From assembly GCF_036321535.1 (NCBI RefSeq), contig NC_087436.1, positions 40,612,001 through 40,676,000 on the forward strand: 64,000 nt of DNA, in the 5' to 3' direction. Origin of the DNA: Camelus dromedarius. Lineage: Eukaryota. This document shows positions 52,990 to 64,000 of this stretch, piece after piece (position 1 is the first letter of the stretch; each line of letters starts with the position of its first letter). The notes beneath the pieces were generated by a model. The model was not told the DNA's origin, did not search any database, and worked only from the letters and a program-made list of their open reading frames with translations. A program made the translations under genes and the position numbers.

Positions 52990-53408
52990 ACTCTCTTCTA
53001 GAGTTTTCTCATTGGCTCTTGTGCAACAAGTGCATTTGGCAGCAACCAAACAGGCGGTTTCTCAGCAAGGTCAGCTGGCACCCCTGTGAGGGTGACCCAG
53101 GGCTGCCCACATTCCAGAGAGTTCTGCCTGCACCCCATTCCAAGACTTGTCTGTCATCCTGTGACCCCAGCCTCCCACTCTGCAATGAGGTCTGAACTGG
53201 GGTCTCTTCCAAGTGTAATCCTTTCTCTTCTGCTCCCCATAGCTCTAGAGGTCGTAACTGTCCCCTATATTTATTATCCTGTAATTCCTTAGGGTTTTCT
53301 TTACTTTGTGTGTAGTGAATCCCCTTTTACTAATTACTCCATACATTAAGTTTTTTTTTTCCCTACATTGTTACTGCATTTTCTGTCTCCTTTCTGGACA
53401 CTAGTACA
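52990..53408 (+). mobile_element. ERVL LTR (LTR33-like)
   Basis: tgctccccatagctctagaggtcgtaactg..cattttctgtctcctttctggacactagtaca resembles the LTR33 3' half. Confidence 0.5.
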
Positions 53409-54874
53409 AAGTGGAATAAAGTTATTCAAAAGTGAAATTTTCTACCCTACTTGAGTTTCTAGGTGTTTAAAGAGAATATGAAGAAACAAAACAACCAAAA
53501 GAGAAGGTAAACTTTAAGCACAGGGAATGCAGTTCTTAATCCTTTCCTGTTGTTTTGCTCAAGATATGAATTTTCTTTGTGTAAAATTCAGACCACGTTT
53601 ACTAAGCACTATCGGTCATCTGTCATATTTTACTTGCTAAACACAACTGGTATCTTTCTCCTTTGTAGATATTACACATAATATTTTTCAACTTGGAATT
53701 TGACATTCTGAAGTGTGTGTTGATAAAGTTTTAAGAAGTACATGCATGTATATCCAGTCTCTGTGTATACACTAAGTCCCTTCTTATGTACACAGAAATA
53801 TCATAACTGGTCACAGTTCTTAAGGGCAGTTAACAATATAGTATATGAGACAGAAACTGCCACATGGGGGAGACAGGTCCTGAATACTGAAGTATTAATA
53901 AGAGACACAAAGCTAAATGAATAAAATACAAAATAATTTCAAAGAAGATGCAAAGAAATATAATTTGGGCAAGATAAAATCCCAAAGTATTTCTAAAACT
54001 TATTGAACCTAAAATTTTGCTATCATGAGAGTTAAATTAAGATTTTTTTTCTTTTTAACAAAGTATTCCTTGATATAAAAAATGTGATTGAGTAATTTAT
54101 AGAACAAAAAGCTTCTGAATTTCTGTCACATGTCTGCAATGAGTTTGATTTTCTTTATTTTTCAATACACTGTATTGACTATTGTATCTAAAAGGTTAAG
54201 CAGAAACATGGAAAATTTGTATGTCCAATTATATGTATTTTTATATTGTATTAAAAGCTTGCAACTTTAAATCATCTCAAAATACTCATAATTAATTTTT
54301 GATAATGTAATTGATGGTCAGGGCTGGATTAGAAGTTATATAATTCAAATCTCAAATTATACATATGAAGAATTTCAAGGGGAGAAAACAAATATTTGCC
54401 CCACTGTTTCTTGACATAGTGGTGGAATTGGACCTAGAACCCACACTGACTAGCTCAAAATCAAGAATATTTACATTGTACTTTATTCTTTAATCAAGAA
54501 ACTTTAATTTTCAATAATAAAATCTTATAACATTCATAATAAGATGGACCATGATGGTGTAGTTTCCTGGACTATATTAAATATCTAAAACACTAGTTTA
54601 ACTCACTTTACTTGATGTTGAAATAGTAACACACTTCTTGATGTTTCTTTATGTTATACTGATTTATCATTCAGATACCAAAATATATTTCAAGTATACA
54701 AAATTAATTTTAATTTGACATCCTGGTATAAAAATATTTGAAAATAAAACATAAATTTTAATTTCTTATCTTTAATTAATGTTATAAATATTACCTCACA
54801 AAAAAGAAAAATCCATAGGCATTCACAGGGGCCCACTGTGTTGCATATAGAAACAATATTTAATACATGTGCAT

Positions 54875-56532
54875 GTTTCTGCTGTACAACTTAGTAATTC
54901 AGTTATATATATATATGTATATATATTCTTTTTCATATTTTTTTCATTATAGGTTATTACAAGATATCAAATATAGTTCCTTGTGCTAGGACTAACAATA
55001 GGACCTTGTTATCAATTTTATATATATTAGTTTTATATGCTAATCCAAAACTCCTAATTTATCTATCCCTGCTCCTTTCCCCTTTGGTAATCATAAGTTT
55101 GTTTTCTATGTCTGTGAGTATGTTTCTGTTCTGTAAATAAGTTCATTTGTACTACTTTTTAGATACCATATATAAGTTATATCATGTGGTAATTTCTTTC
55201 TCTTTATGCCTTACTTCACTTAGAATGACAATCTCCAGGTCCATCCATGTTGCTGTAAATGGCATTATTTTATTATTTTTATGGCTGAGTAGTATTCCAT
55301 TGTATAAATATACCTCATTGTAGTTTTGATTTGCATTTCTCAGATAATTAGTAATATTAAGCATTTTTTCATGTGCCTATTGGCCATCTGGATGTCTTCA
55401 ATGGAGAAATGTCTATTTAGGTCTTCTCATTTTCTGATTGTGTCATCTGTTTTTTGTTACTGAGTTGTATAAGCTGTTTGTATACTCTAGAAATTACTAG
55501 GTGGTCAATCACATCATTTGCAAATATTTTCTCCCATTCTGTAGTCTGTCTTTATGGCTTGTTTATAGTTTCTTTTGCTGTGCAAAAGCTTGTAAGTTTA
55601 ATTAGGTCCTAGTTGTTTATTTTTGCATTTCTATTGCCTTGGTAGACTGACCTAGGAAAACATTTTTACGATTTATATCAGAGAATGTTCTGCCTAAGTT
55701 CTCTTCTAGGAGATTTATGGTGTCTTGTCTTACATTTAAGCCTTTAAGCCATTTGAGTTTATTTTTGTGTATGATGTAAGGGAGTGTTCTAACTTCATTG
55801 ATTTACATGTGGCTGTCCAGCTTTCCCAACAGCACTTGCTGAAGAGACTCTTTTCTCTATCGTATATCCTTGTCTCCTTTGTTGAAGATTAATTGACCAT
55901 AGTTTTGTGGGTTTACTTCTTTGCTCTCTATTCTGTTCCATTAATCTATGTGTCTGTTTTTGTGCCAGTACCACACTGTTTTGATTACTGTAGCTTGGTA
56001 ATACTGTCTGAAGTCTGGGAAGATTATGCCTCCAGCTTTGTTCTTCTTCAGTATTGCTTTGGCAATTCTGGGTCTTTTGTGCTTCCATATAAGTTTTAGA
56101 ATTATTTGTTCTAGTTCTGTGAAAAATGATCTGGGTACTTTGATAATGATTGCATTGAATCTGTAGATTGCTTTGGGTACAATGGTCATTTTAACAATAT
56201 TAATTCTTACAATCCAGGAAAATTTTTCTTTCTGTTTCTTTAAATCATCTTTAATTTCCCTAATCGGTGTTTTTTACTTCTCCATGTATAAGCTTTTCAC
56301 ATCCTTGGTCAGGATTATTCCTAAGTATTTTTTTTTTTTGATGTGATTTTAAGTGATTGTTTTTCTACATTCTTTTACTGATATTTCTTTGTTAGTATAA
56401 AGAAATGAAACAGATTTCTTTATGATATTCTTGTATTCTGCAACCTTGCTGAATTCATTTATCAGCTCTAGTAGTTTTTTTTTTTTGTGGCATCTTTACG
56501 GTTTTCTATATACAGTATCATCTCATCAGCAT
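54875..56532 (-). mobile_element. L1 3' fragment with an internal deletion
   Basis: [53 protein letters not shown] is ORF2; the terminal poly-A is not visible. Confidence 0.92.
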
Positions 56533-59269
56533 CTTGATTTTAATAAATAGTTATGAGTTTATATATTTGTCTACACAGAGGCAGCAGTTTAAAAATATGA
56601 ATTTCATGTTTAAAAGAAGAAAACATTTAACTTAGAAGAAGAACTAGAAATAAAAATCAGCAATATGATATAGTGTACTATTCAAAAGAAGTTGACAATG
56701 GGGGATGGAGTTTTGAAGTAGCAATTGTATGTGTAACTTGCAAGTGGCAGCTTAAAAATCTCATGTCAAATTAACTGTCACAGTCCATTTATAAATAAAC
56801 TGTCATACTCTATAAATTGCCTAAATCTGGAAGTTTACTTGACACATCTGCTTTAGGAATTTTGTCTCCAGTGTAAGTATGCATTTATGCTTTCTGTATA
56901 TAATCTAATTTTTTATCAGATCGTGCTTACCTAAAGCTAGAAAAAATGTAGCCTTTATACGTCTAGTTGAGCTTGGCTGCTAAAGGCCAAATGCTGATTT
57001 TTCCCAAGTAATTATGAATTAGTGTCAGAGACTTGTCTTGAACAGCAGGTGAGCAGGTGACAGGACAATTGTGACAATCTTGTCAAAATAAACAATCGGG
57101 AAGGAATGTTAATAAACTCTACTTAACATTATTTTGTAATGTATAAAACTATAACATGCTATTCTTAAAACAACACTGACAGAATGCTATTTTTGTTATC
57201 AGTGTTTACATAATACGTTTTGAAGGTTAATAAGGACATTTTCACTTGCTAAACTGAGCTCTTCTAATTAGACAAAGAATATATCCCGAGGAAGATTTAC
57301 AACACAAGAAGTTTTAAAATAGTACTCTTAAAATCCCAAAGGCCGAAATTGTTTTTACTTTTTATATCCTTAGATAAATTTTAAGAGTGGTTACAACATG
57401 AATTATAATCATGATTTAAATGTAAGATGTATATTCTGTTTTGTATAAGATAGCACTGTTTCAGTATTTTTTTTATATGACTATTTAGGCTTCTATGTAA
57501 TAAGGGTATATTCAAATTACTCAAGCTATTTATTATGAAAAAAATTATGCTTTAACAGCTTGGAATAACTGAACATAATTATATCATGATTAAAGTAATC
57601 CTTTTTAGAGAATAATGTATATAGCTGGAACTTCATAAACAACATTCTCTTTTAAGTAATTTTCTTCGGCCAACCCAGAGTCCCAAACTGACAGTGGAAA
57701 TAATAAGCAAAAGTAACGAATGATAAATATGTTTGCTATAGTATATATAAATGAATAAATCTCTGACATATGGCTAGATAATAGATGAATTCCCATAAAT
57801 ATTACCCCCTTCTCAAATATTTCTTTTGATAGCTACAAAATCATTGAGTTAGCAAACTAGTCTACAAAAGTAAGAATACAGACAATATGCTTTCTATCCT
57901 AGAGAAATTATATAAATATCCAAGTCATGTCTAATATTCTCACTTTCATCTCTTATTTGTAAAGATCTGCTAAACGTTGTGTGTGCACGCACATGTGGTA
58001 CATGAAAGTATTCTAAGTAATGTAGTTTTGGAGGCATGTACCTAAAACTGCATCCTTATTGGATGGTACAATTTTCAAAAACACCACCAGTAACAGTCCT
58101 CCTTCAATGAAGTCTGAATATATGTTGGTTTGTTTTTATCCAAGTTATGGCTTATTTATCTAAAAGCACTAACATCCATTTATAGCAGATACACACCTAA
58201 ATCATAAATATCACATGGCTTCATCTACATGTGCTGATGTCTGAATCTAAGAAGGTGATTAGGATTAGGTGGACAAACAGATATTCAGGCCTACATGTCC
58301 TTCTCAGGAAAGGAAGATGAGGTGAAAATGTGTCCTGATACCAGAAAGAAATTAACTAAATTGTTTTAAAAAGCAGGTGAGAACTGTCACCATAACCAGT
58401 TAGGCGAGTCATGGTATTTGCTGGTTTTATTTGTGTATATGTTTATGTAACCAATACAGAAAAAAAGTTTGTTTTTTTTTTATCTTGAGGGCCTATAGTG
58501 CCACAATAATGATCCATTTGACATCGATTTTTAAAAATTAGATCAATATTAATAAAAATTTTCCTAAAGTCATAAAGGACTTATATTTCCTCCACAATAG
58601 ATGCTAAATCTTTTAAAATTATTCCCATTACATCTGCTTCTCTGTACTGTGAAAACTGAAATAAGTACATTTTCTAATTAAAGAAAATGCACAGATGTAC
58701 TATGCTCCAGATATGAACCTTTAATGCTTTACATGTATTTCAAAAATAATATGAAAACTGGCTCAATCTGTCTTTACTTTAATATCTTCCCTTATTGATA
58801 GTAAGGCCTCTCACTGAAGCCGCCAGGCCTTATATGCTGATGTAGTATGTAATCCTTTCCCCAGATTTCCTTAGGAAATGCAAACTCCAGCTACTGCAAC
58901 AAGAGACCATCTTGTTTAAAGAATGGTTTCTAGGTATTATTTTCTGATTTTATTAATGCATTTCTCTTCTTTCTTTGGTTTTCATTTTTGAGGTCAGTCT
59001 TACATTAAGCAATGTATTCTAATTATTCTGAACTTAAGTGTCAGAAGATTTTTTTACTCAGGCATAAGCAACTAATAAAAGTCAGTAAACCTTTGTGTTT
59101 TCTAGTTTGCTTTATATTTTCTTTGCATGGCATGCATGACATATTTTGACAAGAGATTTACGGTAGTTTCACGAAGTAGTGAACGTTTTCCTTTCTCAGC
59201 CTCTGAGCTATATAGTTACAGAAAATGTACAATTCATCTGCAATGGGCTCTAGGCCTGGGAACTTTATT

Positions 59270-59428
59270 TAGGCAAGATTCACTAACATTCTTGAACAGA
59301 ATATTCACCAGCTTGTTGAAAATGCTGATTCCAAATTCCCATTTTCCTAACTGGGTCAGAATCTCATGAGATTTATAATGTATATGTCAGAAGATTCGTA
59401 TGATCTGGATAATTTGGGAAATACTTGG
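59270..59428. mobile_element. MER5-like hAT MITE
   Basis: agcttgttgaaaatgctgattcc..tcagaatctc..aatttgggaaatact. Confidence 0.45.
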
Positions 59429-59959
59429 GTATTTTTTAGTCCAAAATTTACATTTTTGGTGTCAATATAAACCTTTGGGTTTTCTTAGGGAATTACCACT
59501 TCTAGATTTTCAAATATTTGACATGTAATTTTATAATTTTCATGATTTGTTTAGCCTTTTCAGATTTGCAATTGTGTCAGTTTTCATTTGGTACATTTAT
59601 AAACTATAGTATGTTTAAACTACTTGAGATTATAATTCTCCACAGTGTTCTTTTTATAATTCAGTCTTGTTTACTACTATCTATTGGATCCTTCTAATAG
59701 TTTTCCAAAGGTTTTCTTTTTCTTTTTCTAATTTCATGTCAATAAGTTGACTTCTCACTATCATTTTCAAATATTACAGCATTGCCATTTTGATTTGATA
59801 TGGACTTAGTTATTCACGAACATCTCACTGCTTTCAAATAGTTAACATTTCTAGTTAATATATTATTAATTTTTAATATTATTATGTGACTTAAAATACC
59901 TCCTTAAAAATTTTTATTTTGAGGATTCATTTATGCATCACTTGTAGCCTCATAAGTTC

Positions 59960-60060
59960 ATCATGTACATACATGTATAAATATGTATGTATAAGCATGC
60001 ATATATGTGCATATATACCACACTATATGTATAGTATATATCATGTATATGAAATATGTG
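59960..60060. repeat. TA/TG-rich low-complexity tract
   Basis: catacatgtataaatatgtatgtataagcatgcatatatgtgcatatatac. Confidence 0.6.
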
Positions 60061-61214
60061 AATAAAATAGTAGAGATGGTGGGTCTGGAAATTAAATTGT
60101 ATATATAATAGAGTAGTACCTGATATGAAGTATTGCTGTTTAATTAATATTTTTATTCGGATTCTGATGATAGACCATATCTTTGCATATACAATTTGCC
60201 ACTAATATACTCTAATTTTGTTACTGCTGTAAATTAATATTTATATTATGAACAATTTTGGGTTTACATAGTTAATGTTTTATTATTTGGTATATAGTAT
60301 TTCATAAAACAGAAGCAGTAAAATAAGATCTTTTCTTGTTATATTCTACTTTTAATTCAGAATTCACCTTTTCCTTTTGTGGTTGTTTCCCAGCCACTGA
60401 TTAGTGAATTTTCTTGAAATTATTTAGTGTGCTTTGAAAATAGAGTTGATTTATCTGTGGAAAAATCTCTCATCACCATTCTGACTTTAGGTATAGATAT
60501 CTTTCCTGTCGGTACGAAATCTACCTGAAAGTGTGTGTTTACTCGTCTTTAACTGACTGAGTAGTTACTATAATGCTGTTTGTCTTGTTTTTTTTTTTTT
60601 TCTTTCCTATTGATACCAAAAGCAAAGAAAATAAGTGAATATATGACTTACAAAAAAATGAGTATACTTATGACTTGCAAAGAAATTGAGTGTACATATG
60701 GCTTCACTGAGCACCATATCTACGGTGACTTTGCCATGTGTATGTACGTGTATCTTCTTTATCACTATGTTCACTGTCATTGTGCAGTGGCAAATAATTT
60801 CAGGGAAACTTCTGTAGCCAGCTTGTATTATACCGAATAAGGAATCTTTAATTTTGTCCCTGAGTATGCAATCTATTCTGTAAAATGAATGCTTCTGCTA
60901 ACTTGCCCAAGATCAACAGCAATCAGCATTTACTCCCTTTCCTTAACTTAGCCAAATTGCCACGTAGTTAGCAGTCTTTCTGTATATATATATATTGTAG
61001 TTTCTATATTACATGTAAGTAATGTTATTAGGTATGGAATTTTATTTTCCCATTCTTGTTTGCAGTTGGTTTCAGAATGTTCAAAAGAATAAGACTTCTT
61101 GATTGTATTACTTTGAAGTTGGAGTCTAGCACCCTTATTTACTGAATAGGAATTCTGACATGACAATTTAAAGATGTAATAGGATAGAAGAGGAAGTAAT
61201 CTCAAACTTGTGGA

Positions 61215-61450
61215 GTGCTCCTTTACATAGGAGGCCAAGTGAGCATAAATCAGCCTGAGTGTCAGATGAGGAGGAGACAGCCACAGGGAGCCTGGGGGAA
61301 GATTACTCAGTACAGACACTAGCCAGGGCAAAGGACCTGAAGTAGAAATGAGGTGGCAGGAACAGACTTGCCTGGAGAGTGGTACAGCGGGCACTGAGAG
61401 GTAGGTGGGGAGCTAGATCATTTTGGGCCAGCTCAAGGGGTTTGGATTAA
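61215..61450 (-). mobile_element. L2 fragment
   Basis: agccacagggagcctgggggaaga..agccagggcaaaggacctgaagtagaaatgag..gagaggtaggtggggagctagatcat. Confidence 0.7.
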
Positions 61451-61799
61451 AAATAATAATAAAGAGGAGGGAGAGGAGAAAAAGCTACTTAGTTTCAGAT
61501 CTTGGACAAGCATTTAGGTTTACTGGTTCCAACATTCAAACCCAATATATTTCCTAATGTGGAACTATGCTGCTTTGAAGATAATACCTGTGATATTTTC
61601 TAAATTAAAATTATATTTGTTCTATTTATATTCATTAAATGGTTATACATACAGTATTTATTACATTAATACTCGCTGAAGTATTGTAACCTATCACTAA
61701 ATCTACAGGGATAACTCAAAGTCAAAATTATATTTTTCAAAAAAATATTCTGATATCACTGATAAATGATTTAACTTTTGAAATTATAATAGGCATTTT

Positions 61800-62372
61800 T
61801 GGTTGTCCCTGAAGTAACCACTTCTTACCTTAATAATGGTTCCCCAATTTTCATTGTTGTGTACTCTGCACATCCTTCTAAAAAGCAGGTTTCTTCTCCT
61901 TATCCAGAGAAAGACCTAAGTCTTAAGGGTAAGCCCATCCCTTTGCTAGTGATTTATTCATGGGACCCAGAATTAAGAGAACTGGAGCATGGCATCATAC
62001 TGAATAAGGAACTGTTTCAAAATAGTTTTGTGCCCAGTCCAGGCCAAGAGAGATGAGAGGTATTCTAGGGAGATCTTGGATTCTTCATTTATTTGGTATT
62101 AAGAGATTGTTGCTGCAAGAGGTAGCATTTTCTTTCCATAATGTCATATATTTATATGGAAAGCTGCAAACATCTTCTGCCAGACTAAGACTGAAACTGC
62201 AAGGCAAAGTTGAGGGGCAGAGCTGAGAGATTTGCATAAAAAGGAGCTGAAGCCTAGACTGACTGAACATGGCAGGCCATGTCTTTAATATGTAGACTTT
62301 CTCAGTTAAATATGCCAATTTATCCTCTTCGTTGTATGAGCCAGGGTTGTTTTCTGCTACATGTAACTTATA
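61800..62372 (+). mobile_element. Old ERVL LTR (LTR16-like)
   Basis: catccctttgctagtgatt..gtgcccagtccaggccaagagagatgaga..agccagggttgttttctgctacatgtaact. Confidence 0.5.
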
Positions 62373-62894
62373 CTAGCTTAAATGTAAATGTATGTTCATT
62401 AAAAGGTAAGATAAATTTAAAATATTTTAAATAGGCTATACTTTCTTTAAAATTATTTTCTGTATATTTTGTCATACATCTGTTCTTTAAAAAACAAAAA
62501 TATTTCAAAATACATAAATATTCTGTTGGACTACAGGAAACACTAAAATGAAGCATATTATTTGAAATCTTTTTAATATTTCCTGAGGAAACTAAAATGT
62601 CTGATTTATTCTTTTGAGATTTTTTTTTCTAGTTCTAGGGTAAGTATAGCCAACCTGTAATTTAATTGTCTCTTAATTATAACAGGAAGTTGCTGAACAT
62701 TTTTTCAATCAGTGAAATTTCATCTAGAGTTTAATCTTCTTCAATAAAACTTTCTATAATTTTACATTAAATATTTTAGACATTTTTATGAAAGTAAAAT
62801 ATTGTTTTTTCCTGATTGTAAGTATTCCCTGAAAGCAATCCTAACATTGTGGTGAATCTAACCCCACAGGGTAACATTTCCTTCCTCTTACTTC

Positions 62895-64000
62895 ATTTTA
62901 TTTTATTTCATTTTATTTTTTTAACATTTTTTATTAATTTGTAATCATTTTACAATGTTGTGTCAAATTCCAGTGTAGAGCACAATTTTTCAGTTATACA
63001 TGAACATATATATATATTCATTGTCACAATTTTTTCTCTGTGAGCTAACATAAGATCTTGTGTATATTTCCCTGTGCTATACAGTATAATCTCGTTTATC
63101 TATTCTACAATTTTGAAATCCCAGTCTATCTCTTCCCACCGCCCGCCCCCTTGGCAACCACGTTTGTATTCTATGTCTCTGAGTCTATTTCTGTTTTGTA
63201 TTTATGCTTTGTTTGTTTTTTCTTTTTTAGATTCCACTTATGAGCGATCTCATATGGTATTTTTCTTTCTCTTTCTGGCTTACTTCACTTAGAATGACAT
63301 TCTCCAGGAACATCCATGTTGCTGTAAATGGCGTTATGTTGTCAGGTTTTATGGCTGAGTAGTATTCCATTGTATAAATATACCACCTCTTCTTTATCCA
63401 GTCATCTGTTGATGGACATTTAGGCTGTTTTCATGTCTTGGCTATTGTAAATAGTGCTGCTATGAACATTGGGGTGCAGGTGTCATCCTGAAGTAGGGTT
63501 CCTTCTGGATATGTGCCCAGGAGCGGGATTCCTGGCTCATATGATAAGTCTATTCCTAGTCTTTTGAGGAATCTCCATACTGTTTTCCACAGGGGCTGCA
63601 CCAAACTACATTCCCACCAGCAGTGAAGGAGGGTTCCCTTTTCTCCACAGCCTTGCCAGCATTTGTCATTTGTGGATTTTTGAATGATGGCCATTCTGAC
63701 TGGTGTGAGGTGATACCTCATTGTAGTTTTGATTTGCATTTCTCTGATAATTAGTGATATTGAGCATGTTTTTCATGTGCTTTTTGATCATTTGTATTTC
63801 TTCCTTGGAGAATTGCTTGTTTAGGTCTTCTGCCCATTTTTGGATTGGATTGTTTATTTTTTTCTTATTGAGTTGTATGAGCTGCTTATACATTCTGGAG
63901 ATCCAGCCTTTGTCGGTTTCATTTGCAAAATTTTTTTCCCATTCTGTAGGTTGTCTTTTTGTTTTACTATGATTTCCTTTGCTGTGCAGAAGCTTGTAAG
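62895..64000 (-). mobile_element. Comparatively young L1 3' end, running off the window
   Basis: (ttttta)n tail; well-preserved ORF2 C-terminus [52 protein letters not shown]. Confidence 0.95.

Noticed and set aside
60948..61394. Longest ORF in the track (148 aa)
   Set aside because: Overlaps an L2 fragment, has a non-ATG start, and shows no recognisable domain or splice context
1..64000. CRISPR arrays, operons or other prokaryotic/viral systems
   Set aside because: The sequence is mammalian and repeat-rich; no regularly spaced repeats, long ORFs or internal ERV genes are seen

Overview
AT-rich mammalian genomic DNA, most likely camelid: it carries a tRNA-derived SINE resembling the camelid vic-1 family at 10244-10396 and cetartiodactyl-type L1 3' ends. 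The window is dominated by interspersed repeats: many LINE-1 fragments of different ages (mostly on the minus strand), plus MIR, L2, MaLR/ERVL LTRs and MER20/MER5/MER58 DNA transposons. I can support no intact protein-coding gene. The ORF-track entries are L1 ORF2 debris, antisense L1 frames, pseudogene pieces or noise. The clearest non-repeat feature is an intronless, disabled processed pseudogene of HAVCR1 (TIM-1/KIM-1) on the minus strand at about 49500-50650. Also present are a twin-priming 5'-inverted L1 with target-site duplications (TSDs), nested insertions, three candidate small plus-strand exons of an unidentified host gene, and a dense cluster of TGACA/TGTCA motifs that may be an enhancer. 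Repeat subfamily names and homologies come from recalled consensus sequences, not database searches, and repeat boundaries are approximate. I found no evidence for a novel multi-gene system.
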